Of a DNA stretch of 39,184 nt, positions 1-8,649 are shown piece after piece; within the stretch, counting starts at the first letter, position 1, and each line of letters opens with the position of its first letter. Below the pieces are notes generated by a model. That model made no database searches. It was not told the origin of the DNA and was given only the letters and a program-made list of their open reading frames with translations. This DNA is from a virus (taxonomy: Duplodnaviria > Caudoviricetes): positions 1 through 39,184 of IMG/VR virus record IMGVR_UViG_3300049781_000037. One strand, written 5' to 3'. The position numbers and the translations under genes are program-made.

Positions 1-468
1 GCGGTGGGTGGGCTGCGGCGCGACCTCGTACCAGCGCACGCCCTTCTCCTCGTGCCGGGTCAGGTGGCCGGTGGCGGCGAGGGCCGTGAGGTAGCGGGAG
101 GCGGATCCGGGGCTGACCGGGTTGTGGCCGGCTTGCCGCAGGGCCTTCACTGCGCGGCTGGACTTCCAGCGGCCGATGGGGTCCTTGCGGATGGCGTCGA
201 GGAGGGCGGCCTGGCGGAGGGCGTCGAGTTCGGTGCAGCCGCTCCCTGCCTCGACGAGGTCGGCCCGCTCGTCGAGAATGAGCGCGGCCTTCAGCAGGCC
301 CGTCCGCGTGCCGAGGGCGCCCTCGGGCGTCGCCTCACGTTCCACGCGGCGGAGGTTGGCGGCCTCCTTACGGAGAGACTCCGCGAGGTAGGCATGGGCC
401 AGCTTGTACGCCTCGATCGCGTCGAGCCGCATGGACAGGGCGACGTGGAGTTCCATGGAGGCGCTCAC
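1..468 (-). CDS. Early phage protein with probable C-terminal winged-helix domain (3' end beyond window)
   Basis: Hand-translated, not in ORF track. GTG at 468 overlaps the upstream TGA; frame open to base 1: MSASMELHVAL...LLDAIRKDPIGRWKSSRAVKALRQAG...ASRYLTALAATGHLTRHEEKGVRWYEV. Confidence 0.7.
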   Translation of the reverse strand, partial: MSASMELHVALSMRLDAIEAYKLAHAYLAESLRKEAANLRRVEREATPEGALGTRTGLLKAALILDERADLVEAGSGCTELDALRQAALLDAIRKDPIGRWKSSRAVKALRQAGHNPVSPGSASRYLTALAATGHLTRHEEKGVRWYEVAPQPTHR

Positions 469-848
469 GCGGCAGCACCACCCTCGCGGCGCTGCGCCGG
501 GATCACCACGGCCGAAGCCGGAACCCCAGACCGGAGACGCTCCGCCAGCGCAGCCAGCGCCTTGCCCCGGATCGGCACCTCGTGTCCCACCCGCTCGGCG
601 AGCTGCTCGACGAGCAGCTGCTCCGGCGTCCACCCGTCGTGCTCGCGGGACATGGCCCGGTTGTCGACGATCTCCAGGAAGAGCGCGAGGAGTTCCTCGT
701 CGTCGGCGATCGTCTCGATCGCGTAGACGAAGTAGTCCTCGAAGTCGAGGAGCAGGCCGTCGGGGATGCGCCGGGTGTGGATGGGCATCGGGTCGGTGAT
801 GGCGGGGCGGCGGAAGATGCGGTGCAGGATCAGGCGGATGCGGTTCAT
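465..848 (-). CDS. Hypothetical early phage protein
   Basis: 127 aa ORF, translationally coupled at both ends. Confidence 0.75.
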   Translation of the reverse strand: MNRIRLILHRIFRRPAITDPMPIHTRRIPDGLLLDFEDYFVYAIETIADDEELLALFLEIVDNRAMSREHDGWTPEQLLVEQLAERVGHEVPIRGKALAALAERLRSGVPASAVVIPAQRREGGAAA

Positions 849-1144
849 CGGGTCGCCTCCGGGGTGGCGGTGAGGAGCATGAGGAGTGCGGCCGCGGTGA
901 GCGCGGTGTCACGCGGGATGCGGCGGGCGCGCTCGGCCGCGTCGCGGGCGCCGTGCCGGGCGTTCGTCACGGCGATGAGCGCGGGGTCGTAGCGGCCGGA
1001 CTCGATCGCGCGGTGCAGGGCCGCCGTCGGCGACAGGTGCGGCAGCTCGTGGTCGAGGCCGAGGATGAGCAGCGCGCCCGGCAGGTACGCGCCGGTGCCG
1101 ATCGCGGCGGCGGTGAGCCACTCGGTGGCGGTCGCGGCGGGCAT
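845..1144 (-). CDS. Hypothetical early phage protein, hydrophobic N-terminus
   Basis: ATG at 1144 overlapping the upstream stop (TGATG); MPAATATEWLTAAAIGTGAYLPGALLILG... Confidence 0.7.
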   Translation of the reverse strand: MPAATATEWLTAAAIGTGAYLPGALLILGLDHELPHLSPTAALHRAIESGRYDPALIAVTNARHGARDAAERARRIPRDTALTAAALLMLLTATPEATR

Positions 1145-2124
1145 CAGGCGTCCGCCTCCTCGTCGTACTCGGAGGGGACCTCCAGGGCCGTGACGATGTA
1201 GCCGGTGGTGGACTCCTCGTTCTGCCCGGCGGTGACCACCAGTTCGGCGACGCCGTTCTCGTGGTCCTCGGGGAGGGCGTCCCGGATCCAGTCGAAGCTG
1301 AGGCTGGTCTCCGTCGGCCACGACCGGCGCTCGGTCGCCTCGCAGTGCGCGCGGGCGGCGGCCTCGGTTCCGTAGTGGCCGAGGGTGATCCCGGAGTCCG
1401 GGTGCTCGGCGCGGTAGATGGTGACGGGCGTGGGCACTACCTCGTCGTCGCGGAGGGCCTGCACCGGCGCGATCCGCCGCGTGATCCCATCCGCCCACGG
1501 CGGCGCCAACGGAATCCCGAAGATGCTCCGCAACTCCGACTGCGACACGAAGTTCTCGCTCACCAACTCCGGATCACGCCCGCGCTCCCACCGCTGGCCC
1601 GCGAGGAGACGCTCGGCAAGAGCCTCACGCTGCGCCTCCAGCTCGACCACCCGAGCCTCAGCCGCCATGAGGTCCTGTGTCCGCGCCACCAGCGTGCTGG
1701 CCAGGTGCTCGGTGTGCTCGGCGGCCCGCTGCTTCCCCGCCTCCAGCTCCGCGACCCGCGCCGTCAGCCGCTCCTTGTCCTTCAGCAGCGACCGCGACAC
1801 CGGATCCCGCTGCGCCCGGTCCTGGAACCAGGCCTCGCTCATCGCGTCGTGATTCGCGTCGTCCGCCAGCCACTTCACGACAGCGGCCCGGGCGGCGGCC
1901 GAGTCGGAGTCCGACACCACGCCGCGCCGCTCGTAGGCCTCCTGCGCCGAGTCGACGACGTGCGGCCACGGCTCGTTCTTCAGGACGGAGAAGAACTCGG
2001 CATCCAGCAGCCACGACGCGCGCGCCACCTCGGGGATCTGCACGTACACCTGCGTGCGCTGGTCGAGAGGGTGCAGGATGTCGAACGCGTCGAGCGTGAC
2101 GCGGACGGTGATCGAGTCGCTCAT
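1144..2124 (-). CDS. Hypothetical early phage protein with central coiled coil (mosaic)
   Basis: ATG at 2124 in ATGA overlap; repeated 'ARVAELEA/ARVVELEA' segments. Confidence 0.75.
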   Translation of the reverse strand: MSDSITVRVTLDAFDILHPLDQRTQVYVQIPEVARASWLLDAEFFSVLKNEPWPHVVDSAQEAYERRGVVSDSDSAAARAAVVKWLADDANHDAMSEAWFQDRAQRDPVSRSLLKDKERLTARVAELEAGKQRAAEHTEHLASTLVARTQDLMAAEARVVELEAQREALAERLLAGQRWERGRDPELVSENFVSQSELRSIFGIPLAPPWADGITRRIAPVQALRDDEVVPTPVTIYRAEHPDSGITLGHYGTEAAARAHCEATERRSWPTETSLSFDWIRDALPEDHENGVAELVVTAGQNEESTTGYIVTALEVPSEYDEEADA

Positions 2125-2459
2125 GCCGCCACCGCCGGCTGCTGCGCACCAGCCGAAACCACACACGAGCCCCACACGTCCACCTGCACGTCCCGCCATG
2201 TCGCGTGCAGCGACACCGACAGCGACGGGCCCGCCTCGTGGGAGTGGAAGTGCTGCTCGTGCACCGTGCCGCCGAGGACCGCGGCGTACGCCCGCATCGC
2301 GGCGTGCAGCTCGTCGGAGTCGGCGTGGACCGCGACCGTGCCGCTGAGTACGCCGTCACGGTGGAGCTGCCAGTTCGCCGGAGCCAGCTCGGGGTGCTCC
2401 GTCAGCAGCTGTGTCAGCGCGAGAGCCGCGCTGCTCTGGGTCTGGGATGATGTGGTCAA
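2121..2459 (-). CDS. Hypothetical early phage protein
   Basis: 112 aa, TTG start after a purine-rich RBS (AAGGAAGAAGG). Confidence 0.7.
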   Translation of the reverse strand: MTTSSQTQSSAALALTQLLTEHPELAPANWQLHRDGVLSGTVAVHADSDELHAAMRAYAAVLGGTVHEQHFHSHEAGPSLSVSLHATWRDVQVDVWGSCVVSAGAQQPAVAA

Positions 2460-2497
2460 GGTGACCTTCTTCCTTGGTTGATGAGTCGCCGAGTCGT

Positions 2498-2531
2498 AGG
2501 GCTGCTCGGGCCGGGAAGTCGGAGCGGCCCT
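2498..2531 (-). terminator. GC-rich hairpin in early operon (terminator/attenuator candidate)
   Basis: AGGGCTGCTC...GAGCGGCCCT imperfect inverted repeat in an intergenic gap; no U-tract. Confidence 0.35.
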
Positions 2532-2552
2532 TCGGCGCGTTTAGGGGGTGGA

Positions 2553-2726
2553 TCAGGCGGCGTCGGCCGCCGGCGCGGGCTCGGCGATGCAGCCCGCGGG
2601 GTGCGTGAGGATCCGGCGCAGGGACTCGACGACTTCGGGCGTCGGCTCCGGCGCGGCGGCCACGCACTCATGGATGTGGGCGATCGCGTCGTCTCCGAGG
2701 AGCGCTCGGCGCTCGGCGGCCGTCAT
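2553..2726 (-). CDS. Small hypothetical protein (57 aa) following cro
   Basis: Hand-translated MTAAERRALLGDDAIAHIHECVAAAPEPTPEVVESLRRILTHP...; ATGA overlap with cro stop; below ORF-track cutoff. Confidence 0.7.
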   Translation of the reverse strand: MTAAERRALLGDDAIAHIHECVAAAPEPTPEVVESLRRILTHPAGCIAEPAPAADAA

Positions 2727-2947
2727 GCGGCTGCCTCGATTACGACTCGCTGCATGACCTCGCGAATGTCCAGGTCATATGCCTCAGAGAGGCGCATAGC
2801 CGAATTCAGGTCAGGCTGTGCTTCCCCGGCGAGGATCCGGTAGACGGATGACTCGGCGATGCCGGTCCGGCGGTGGATCTTGTAGCCGGTCGTGTCGCCT
2901 CGGGTAGCGGTGCGCTTGAGGAGCTCGGCCACGTTCAGGCGGAACAC
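2723..2947 (-). CDS. Cro-like XRE helix-turn-helix regulator (74 aa)
   Basis: GTG at 2947 after GAGAGGAG RBS; HTH TGYKIHRRTGIAESSVYRILAGEAQP; divergent from repressor. Confidence 0.8.
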   Translation of the reverse strand: MFRLNVAELLKRTATRGDTTGYKIHRRTGIAESSVYRILAGEAQPDLNSAMRLSEAYDLDIREVMQRVVIEAAA

Positions 2948-2992
2948 GTACTCACTCCTCTCGTGGGTGTCGCTGCTGGCAGCAGGGGGTTC

Positions 2993-3178
2993 CTTGCTCA
3001 CGAGGGAGACTCTGCCATGAAATTCCCTCCCTAGCAAGGGAGCTTGCTGGGTAGGGAGGGTGACTTTTGGCGTAGAACTCATGTTCGAGTGCTGGAGTGA
3101 ACTGCGTTAACGCAGGTGAATGGCCTAATGCGCATCCTTGCGGGCGAGGGAGTTTCTGGTTACTCCCTAGGTAGGGAG
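2993..3178. promoter_or_regulatory. Lysis/lysogeny switch region with five 16-bp operator boxes (CTYSCKNNNNAGGGAG)
   Basis: 2993 CTTGCTCACGAGGGAG; 3027 CTCCCTAGCAAGGGAG; 3043 CTTGCTGGGTAGGGAG; 3137 CTTGCGGGCGAGGGAG; 3163 CTCCCTAGGTAGGGAG. Confidence 0.8.
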
Positions 3179-3193
3179 GTACAGTTCCGGGAC

Positions 3194-3646
3194 ATGACCG
3201 ACGCCCCCCACCCGACGCGCGCACAGCGATTCCGCGACATCGTTGTGCCTGCCGCCGTACGCGCCGGCTACACCGGCCACGGAGCGAAAGCCCGGTTCGC
3301 CAAAGACACCGGCATGACCGACAGCACCGTTACCCGCCTCTGGCAGGGAAAGGCCGTACCGGACAGTCGGTTCTTTTCGAAGATTGCCGACGTTACCGAC
3401 CTCTACCTGGGCACTCTGCTGGTCGAGGGTGGCCTACTTTCACAGGACGCGCTTCAGTCACTGTCCGAAAGCGATCGGTCGCAGGTAGGCTCAGCCCTCA
3501 CTCCGCAGGAAGCTGCTGACCGGCTTGGGATCACGGATGACGTTGGACGCGAGGTGTTCTTCCGAACCGTCGATCGTCTCAAGCGTCTTGAAGACGACGA
3601 CCCCGAGCAGGGCAACAACCACGGAGGGGCAACGGCGCAGATGTAA
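3194..3646 (+). CDS. CI-like immunity repressor (XRE HTH), about 150 aa
   Basis: HTH KARFAKDTGMTDSTVTRLWQGKAVP; divergent from cro; -10-like TACAGT at 3180-3185. Confidence 0.8.
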   Translation: MTDAPHPTRAQRFRDIVVPAAVRAGYTGHGAKARFAKDTGMTDSTVTRLWQGKAVPDSRFFSKIADVTDLYLGTLLVEGGLLSQDALQSLSESDRSQVGSALTPQEAADRLGITDDVGREVFFRTVDRLKRLEDDDPEQGNNHGGATAQM

Positions 3647-3659
3647 CGCGGGGGTGCGT

Positions 3660-4229
3660 ATGGATCTCACGAGCGGCTCACGGGCCACGAACGTGGCGGC
3701 AGCAGTGGCGATGCTCGGAGGCCTTCCCGCGCTCCTCTACGGCATCCTGCACAACGACACGGCACGCTCCATCGGGGGAGCGTGCCTCATCATGACCGCC
3801 CTGATCCTCACCGCCCTCGTCGCCATCCGCAGCTGGATAGTCGACACCAGCGACGAGCGACGCGTCCTCGCCGCAGCCCAGCGCCAGGCCAGCGAAGAGC
3901 GCACCCGCTACATCGCCGCGCAGGCCGCCCTGGAAAACGAACAGGCCCGCCTCAACCGCGACATGGCCGGCGAACGCCAGCGCATCGCCGCCCAGCTCAT
4001 CGCCGAACGCGAAGCGATGCGCGACGAGTTCGATGACCAGAAGGCCGCCCTCATCGCCGAGACGATGGAGACCACCGTCCGCATGTTCCGCGGCGGCAAG
4101 TTCGCGCCGGAGGAGGAAACCCCTCAGCGGGGCAACCTCATCCAGTTCCCGAAAGAACTTCCAACGCAGGCACACCCCGCAAGCCCTGAGCGGGAACGCT
4201 CACGGGGCCACGAAGTGGTCGGTCCCTGA
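3660..4229 (+). CDS. Membrane protein (2 TM + coiled coil) co-transcribed with repressor
   Basis: ATG at 3660 after GGGGG; two hydrophobic helices followed by a long heptad region. Confidence 0.7.
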   Translation: MDLTSGSRATNVAAAVAMLGGLPALLYGILHNDTARSIGGACLIMTALILTALVAIRSWIVDTSDERRVLAAAQRQASEERTRYIAAQAALENEQARLNRDMAGERQRIAAQLIAEREAMRDEFDDQKAALIAETMETTVRMFRGGKFAPEEETPQRGNLIQFPKELPTQAHPASPERERSRGHEVVGP

Positions 4230-5790
4230 ACCCGGCCTGTCCTACAAACGCCAGCCTGATTCGACCCGGCTCGAACTTGTGAGAGCCCCGCTTCGCGCTC
4301 TTGTACAGTCGCACGGTCACCACGCTCCGAATGATCTCCCGCTTCTGCTCAAGAGACAGAGCCCGCACGGCCGGATCGGTGTCCGTCGCGGGGCGACCGT
4401 TCCAAACGGCATCCGGGTCTGAGGCATTCAGCATCCTGAGCAGCAGGGGTGAGACTCCGGACATCTCTTGGATCTGCCTACGTGCCTGCTCCAACTTCGG
4501 TTCGAGCCGCTGTTCCAGCGACGCCAGCGACGTAGCGGACAGCCTGAAGCGGCCGGTCTCCTCGTCGAAATCCTCAGCCTGCTCCCGCGCCTCGCGCAGC
4601 TGCTCCTCGTAGGCGTTGATCCGCCGCTGCATGGAGGCCACCTTGGCCTCGACCTCACCATCGTCCGGAACGAGGGCAGCGCGCGCCTTGCCCTTCTCGC
4701 TGAACCAGGTGATCACAGCTTCCTCAACGAAGGCTGTCATCACGACTTCGGTCATGGACACGTCGTTCTGCTCGTCGCAGTCGAGCGTCGGCTGGCGGCC
4801 CGGACGCGTCTTCACCCGCAACAGGGCGTGGTCTCCGCACTCTCCGCACAAGCCGATGTACGACAAGAGGTGCGAGACTTCCTGCCCCCGCTGTGTTCTG
4901 CGCGCCGGATCATTCAGCTTGGCGGTCACCCGGTTGAACATCGCCCGCCCTTGAGGGCTGTCGAGTCCCTTGATCGGCTGCCATACGGCTTTGCGCCACT
5001 GGCCGTTGTGGAACCGCTCGCCGAGATAGGCGCGATTCAGCAGCATCCGCCGGACCGTCGGCTCCGTCCACTCACTGCCGTCGGGCCGAGCTGCCTCCGG
5101 CACGGACTTCAGCCAGCGCACGACGGACTTAATCGAGCCGCCGGAGTCCACGCGTTGAATCGCCTGGAAGACGAACGGTCCGCGCTCATCATCGTGTTGA
5201 CCCGTGCAGCGTCGACGCCCGTTCACGAGCTTGTAGTCACGGGTGTACCCGTACAGGGCCTTGCCGTGTGGCATGCCGGCATCCGCTTGAGAGGCCGCCG
5301 TACGGAGGTTCTGGTCGCGCAGGCCTTCGGCTTCGTCCTCGGCGTCGACGGCGTGCATGGCGGTGGCCTTGCGGTCGTCCCTGCGGCTGAGGTCGTAGAC
5401 CTGGCCGTTGTAGCAGAGCAACACGTTGGCGGTGAGGCAGGCCTGCCGCAGCCGGACGTAAGCCTCCAAGTCGCGGTAGTACCGGGCGGCGTTGTAGGCA
5501 ACGAGGACGCGGCGGACTCCGGCAGGGGCCGGGCTGTCGGTGATGGTGGTGAGGAGCTCTTCGAACTCGTTGCGGATCTTCTTGCCGTGGCGGCTGGCCG
5601 AGACGTCGGTGTCTTTGAACTCGCGAGCGATGTGCCAGTTGAACTGGTTGCACAGCGCGCGGCCTGTGGCGAGCTGGTCCTCCACTGAGTCTCCGCTGCC
5701 GACAGCGTCATCAGAGTTGCGTCCGTAGAGGAGCGCGTGGAACTTCACGCCAGGGATGACTAGATGGAGATACTCAGGCGCGTAGGGCAT
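4138..5790 (-). CDS. int: Large serine recombinase (phage integrase)
   Basis: Catalytic motif LLYGRNS...SVEDQ, DTDVSAS, recombinase domain (YGY...VRRMLLNRAYLG), zinc ribbon CGECG, coiled coil. Confidence 0.93.
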   Translation of the reverse strand: MPYAPEYLHLVIPGVKFHALLYGRNSDDAVGSGDSVEDQLATGRALCNQFNWHIAREFKDTDVSASRHGKKIRNEFEELLTTITDSPAPAGVRRVLVAYNAARYYRDLEAYVRLRQACLTANVLLCYNGQVYDLSRRDDRKATAMHAVDAEDEAEGLRDQNLRTAASQADAGMPHGKALYGYTRDYKLVNGRRRCTGQHDDERGPFVFQAIQRVDSGGSIKSVVRWLKSVPEAARPDGSEWTEPTVRRMLLNRAYLGERFHNGQWRKAVWQPIKGLDSPQGRAMFNRVTAKLNDPARRTQRGQEVSHLLSYIGLCGECGDHALLRVKTRPGRQPTLDCDEQNDVSMTEVVMTAFVEEAVITWFSEKGKARAALVPDDGEVEAKVASMQRRINAYEEQLREAREQAEDFDEETGRFRLSATSLASLEQRLEPKLEQARRQIQEMSGVSPLLLRMLNASDPDAVWNGRPATDTDPAVRALSLEQKREIIRSVVTVRLYKSAKRGSHKFEPGRIRLAFVGQAGFRDRPLRGPVSVPAQGLRGVPALEVLSGTG

Positions 5791-5813
5791 GTGGCGATGC
5801 TAGCGAAGGACAG

Positions 5814-5859
5814 GTGTCCCTAAACGCTTTTGTGCCCCCACAAAGTGGTTTACCGACAC
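5814..5859. other. attP-like symmetric site for the serine integrase (central dinucleotide CC at 5836-5837)
   Basis: GTGTC/GACAC, TAAAC/GTTTA and TTTGTG/CACAAA all symmetric about 5836.5; 46 bp, just upstream of the int start. Confidence 0.75.
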
Positions 5860-5894
5860 ATGTTGGCGTGATTCTTGCGGGACGGCTGCCGGGG

Positions 5895-6101
5895 CTAGTC
5901 GTGTGTGGTCTCGTCGATGAGGTCCAGCATGTCGCCGAGGCGCCCCCGTAGACGCTCCACGAGCAGGATGAGGCCGGCGGTGGGGAGCTGAGCGAGATCC
6001 TCGGACCGGGCGTAGTCGAGGTCACGGCGGGCGAAGTCGATGCGTGACCGCTGGACGTCGGTGAGGGCCCCCGCGGTTTCACGGGACTGCTCGTCGCTCA
6101 T
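5895..6101 (-). CDS. Small helical hypothetical protein (68 aa)
   Basis: ATG 6101 after GCAGGTGG; MSDEQSRETAGALTDVQRSRIDFARRDL... Confidence 0.65.
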   Translation of the reverse strand: MSDEQSRETAGALTDVQRSRIDFARRDLDYARSEDLAQLPTAGLILLVERLRGRLGDMLDLIDETTHD

Positions 6102-6166
6102 TGTTGTGCCACCTGCCGGGCGTGCGTGGGGAATTGTGGGGGCGTGGGGGTCGTCCGCAATGGTCA

Positions 6167-6285
6167 ACCTGCCGATTGTCGCAGGTCAATAGGTGGATGA
6201 TCACGTCATCCGAACGGACGTTTTAATCTCCAAAACCTTGCGCTCTGTGAGGTAAGCGCTCTCGCGATGTACCAACGATGGTACA
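6167..6285. promoter_or_regulatory. Divergent promoter region with three palindromes
   Basis: ACCTGC-N8-GCAGGT (6167-6186), GGATGA-N5-TCATCC (6195-6211), TGTACCA-N4-TGGTACA (6268-6285); locally AT-rich. Confidence 0.5.
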
Positions 6286-6318
6286 GACATAGATCATTTC
6301 GAGGGCCAGCGTGTATCC

Positions 6319-6552
6319 GTGCCGTCCGATCCGCTGCCCGACTGGGTACTCACCCGCCGACGCCAGATCGGAGACCGCGTCCGCGCCGCTCGCCTCGAAC
6401 GGAAGCTGTCACAGGAGAAGCTCGGCGAAGCCACAGGACTCGACCGGAAAACCGTCAACCGAGTCGAGCAGGGCACCCACGGCACGCTCATCGATCACCT
6501 GCTGCTCATCGCTGCGGCCTTGGAGACGCCGCTTTCGGAGCTCGTGAAGTAG
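6319..6552 (+). CDS. XRE-family HTH regulator (77 aa)
   Basis: IGDRVRAARLERKLSQEKLGEATGLDRKTVNRVEQG. Confidence 0.88.
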   Translation: MPSDPLPDWVLTRRRQIGDRVRAARLERKLSQEKLGEATGLDRKTVNRVEQGTHGTLIDHLLLIAAALETPLSELVK

Positions 6553-6586
6553 TCAGCGGCCCCACGCAGGGCGCGGGGCCGCGCGC

Positions 6587-7705
6587 CTACCACCGGATGG
6601 TCTGGCCCTCCGGACTGACGGTGACGGTGAGCTCCTCGAGCGCCGGGGCGCCGGCCGCGCACCAGCCGCCGAACCGCTCCTCCACCGCGTCCCACAGAGG
6701 CTCCGGGCCGCCCTGCCGGACCAGCCACCGGCCGCCCTCCGAATACACCGCGGCCCACGACCCGGTCTCGACGTCGACCAGGACGTCCTCGGTGTCGCCG
6801 TTGCGCTCCAGCGTCAGCCGTTGCGCGTTCGGTACGGCCAGCTGCGCGATGAACCGGGACGTCCAGTTGTTCAGCACGTCGGAGCCGATGGTGGTCTCGT
6901 GTTCCTTGCCGTCGTCGAGGTCGGGCAGCAGGCCCAGCGGCGGCGGGGTGTGCGGGCGCGCGAGCATGAAGGACACGGCTCCGCCGAGCAGCGGCCCGGA
7001 CGCCGTACCGTCCCCGTTGACGGTGAGGCGGGCGAGTTCGGAGGAGCCGAGCCATCCGCCGATCGTCGCCAGGATCATGCCGCCCGGCCGGGTCTGCTCG
7101 ACCCACGCCATCGGCACCGTGCGTACGCCGCAGGTGGCGATGACCCGGTCGTAGGGTGCGCCCGCGCCGTGGCCCAGGAGGCCGTCGCCGGTGACGAGCG
7201 TCGGGTACGTCCCGAGGTGGCCGAGGGCCGCCCGGGCCCGCGAGGCCACCCACGCGTCGTACTCCACCGAGGTGACCTTCCCCGCGCCGAGCCGGGCGCA
7301 CAGCAGAGCGGTCGAGTAGCCGGTGCCGGTGCCGATCTCCAGCACCCTGTGCCCGTCCTCGACCTGGAGGTCCTCCAGCATGCGCAGCACGAGCGACGGC
7401 AGCGTGCTGGAACTGGTCGGCTCGCGCGTGATCCGGCCCCGCAAGTCCTCGGGCACGATCGTTCCGGCGACCTGGGTCACCAACGACTCGTCGGTGTAGC
7501 AGCCTTCCAGCCAGCCCGGATCACCTTCCCGGATGGGCTGCCAGGCGGTGAAGTCCGAACCGAGCGCCCGCCGGAAGAAGCCGCCGTGCAGAAACTCGTG
7601 CCGGGGGACCGCGGCTGCGGCCTGCTTCCACGGCTCGGTGCGCAGGCTGCCGGTCTCCGTCATCCGCTCGACGAGCAGCCTGTGGAGGTGTGCTTGATCG
7701 GTCAC
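6587..7705 (-). CDS. tgmC: RiPP-associated PIMT-like O-methyltransferase (ATP-grasp peptide maturase system methyltransferase)
   Basis: AVPRHEFL, SSSTLPSLV, SAM motif VLEIGTGTGY, APYDRVIATC, extended C-domain VRQGGP..LWD; GTG 7705 overlaps ATP-grasp stop (GTGA). Confidence 0.9.
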   Translation of the reverse strand: MTDQAHLHRLLVERMTETGSLRTEPWKQAAAAVPRHEFLHGGFFRRALGSDFTAWQPIREGDPGWLEGCYTDESLVTQVAGTIVPEDLRGRITREPTSSSTLPSLVLRMLEDLQVEDGHRVLEIGTGTGYSTALLCARLGAGKVTSVEYDAWVASRARAALGHLGTYPTLVTGDGLLGHGAGAPYDRVIATCGVRTVPMAWVEQTRPGGMILATIGGWLGSSELARLTVNGDGTASGPLLGGAVSFMLARPHTPPPLGLLPDLDDGKEHETTIGSDVLNNWTSRFIAQLAVPNAQRLTLERNGDTEDVLVDVETGSWAAVYSEGGRWLVRQGGPEPLWDAVEERFGGWCAAGAPALEELTVTVSPEGQTIRW

Positions 7706-8649
7706 GGTGTCCTCTCCAGAAGGTCGGCCAGGGCCGCGCACAGGGGCAGGCCCGTCTCGGTCTCCAGCCAGTGCCACTGGCCGGAGGGGTTGCACTCCAG
7801 GAACCACCATCGGCCGTCCTCGCCGACGGCGAAGTCGAAAGCACCGAAGACCAGCTTGAAGCGGTTCATGTAGCGGTGGAGCGCCGGTCGGATGCCGGGC
7901 GGCGCCTCGACCGGGGTGTACGTCAGCCGGCTGTAGTCGGTGCGCCAGTCCAGCAGGCCGGAGTCGATGCGGACGCAGAACACCTCTCCGCCGATGACGG
8001 TCACCCGCACGTCGGCGACCTTGGGGACGCGCTGCTGGAACAGATGCGCCGTGCCGGCCACCGCATCGTCGATGTCCGCCTCCGTCACCTCGGCGACCTT
8101 GACGGCGGAGGAGACACCGTCGACTCGGTACACCGGGTTGCTCAGCGGCTTGTAGATGACCGAGCCCTGCTGCTTGATGAAGTCGCGGGCGGCGTCGGGG
8201 CTGGAGGTGATGAGGGTGGGCGGCAGCAGGAACCCGGCGGCGGCTGCTGTGGCGAGCCCGGCCGGTTTGAACTCGGCGTCGCCGATGCGGTGAGGGTGGT
8301 TGACGTAGAGGCAGCCCGGCAGGGCCGCCAGGACGCCGCCGAGCCCGTACCGGGCCTGCGTGAGCGCGAACCGGGCGTCCTGCTCGTCGAGGTGTGGGAA
8401 CGCGAACCCGGTCGGCCGGCGGTAGTACAACGACCGGACGTTGGCGAGGTCCGCGGTGCGGGAGGGCGTGCGCAGATGGCCGCGCAGGCCGTGCTCGGTG
8501 ATCTCGGCCTCCACTGACAGTGATGCGGGGAAGTCCCCCGGGTCGAGCCGCACGACCGGGAGGTCCCGGTCGTGCAGCTCGCTGATCACCACGTCGGCGG
8601 TGGGGTCGTGCAGGCTGGTGACGACCAACACCGGACGCGGATCAGTCAC
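7702..8649 (-). CDS. tgmB: ATP-grasp ribosomal peptide maturase (graspetide synthetase)
   Basis: DPTADVV, YYRRP, VNHP..AEFKP, IYKPL, HLFQQRVPK, LDWR, FGAFDF, WWFLECNPSGQW. Confidence 0.93.
   Translation of the reverse strand: MTDPRPVLVVTSLHDPTADVVISELHDRDLPVVRLDPGDFPASLSVEAEITEHGLRGHLRTPSRTADLANVRSLYYRRPTGFAFPHLDEQDARFALTQARYGLGGVLAALPGCLYVNHPHRIGDAEFKPAGLATAAAAGFLLPPTLITSSPDAARDFIKQQGSVIYKPLSNPVYRVDGVSSAVKVAEVTEADIDDAVAGTAHLFQQRVPKVADVRVTVIGGEVFCVRIDSGLLDWRTDYSRLTYTPVEAPPGIRPALHRYMNRFKLVFGAFDFAVGEDGRWWFLECNPSGQWHWLETETGLPLCAALADLLERTP

Noticed and set aside
5814-5859. Inverted repeat as a terminator for the 5895-6101 ORF
   Set aside because: Interrupted, AT-rich arms with no U-tract; geometry fits a recombinase site better
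6587-7705. Methyltransferase as a DNA methylase or housekeeping protein-repair PIMT
   Set aside because: No DPPY/NPPY or C5-MTase motifs; the extended C-domain and coupling to ATP-grasp and precursor indicate RiPP tailoring
7706-7810. ORF-track N-terminal extensions (tgmC from 7810; also cI 3116, cro 3082, XRE-TPR 11026, HAD 11828, chaperone 23661, 37530-38597)
   Set aside because: They overlap neighbouring genes or regulatory DNA; shorter starts have an RBS, stop/start coupling or a -10 box
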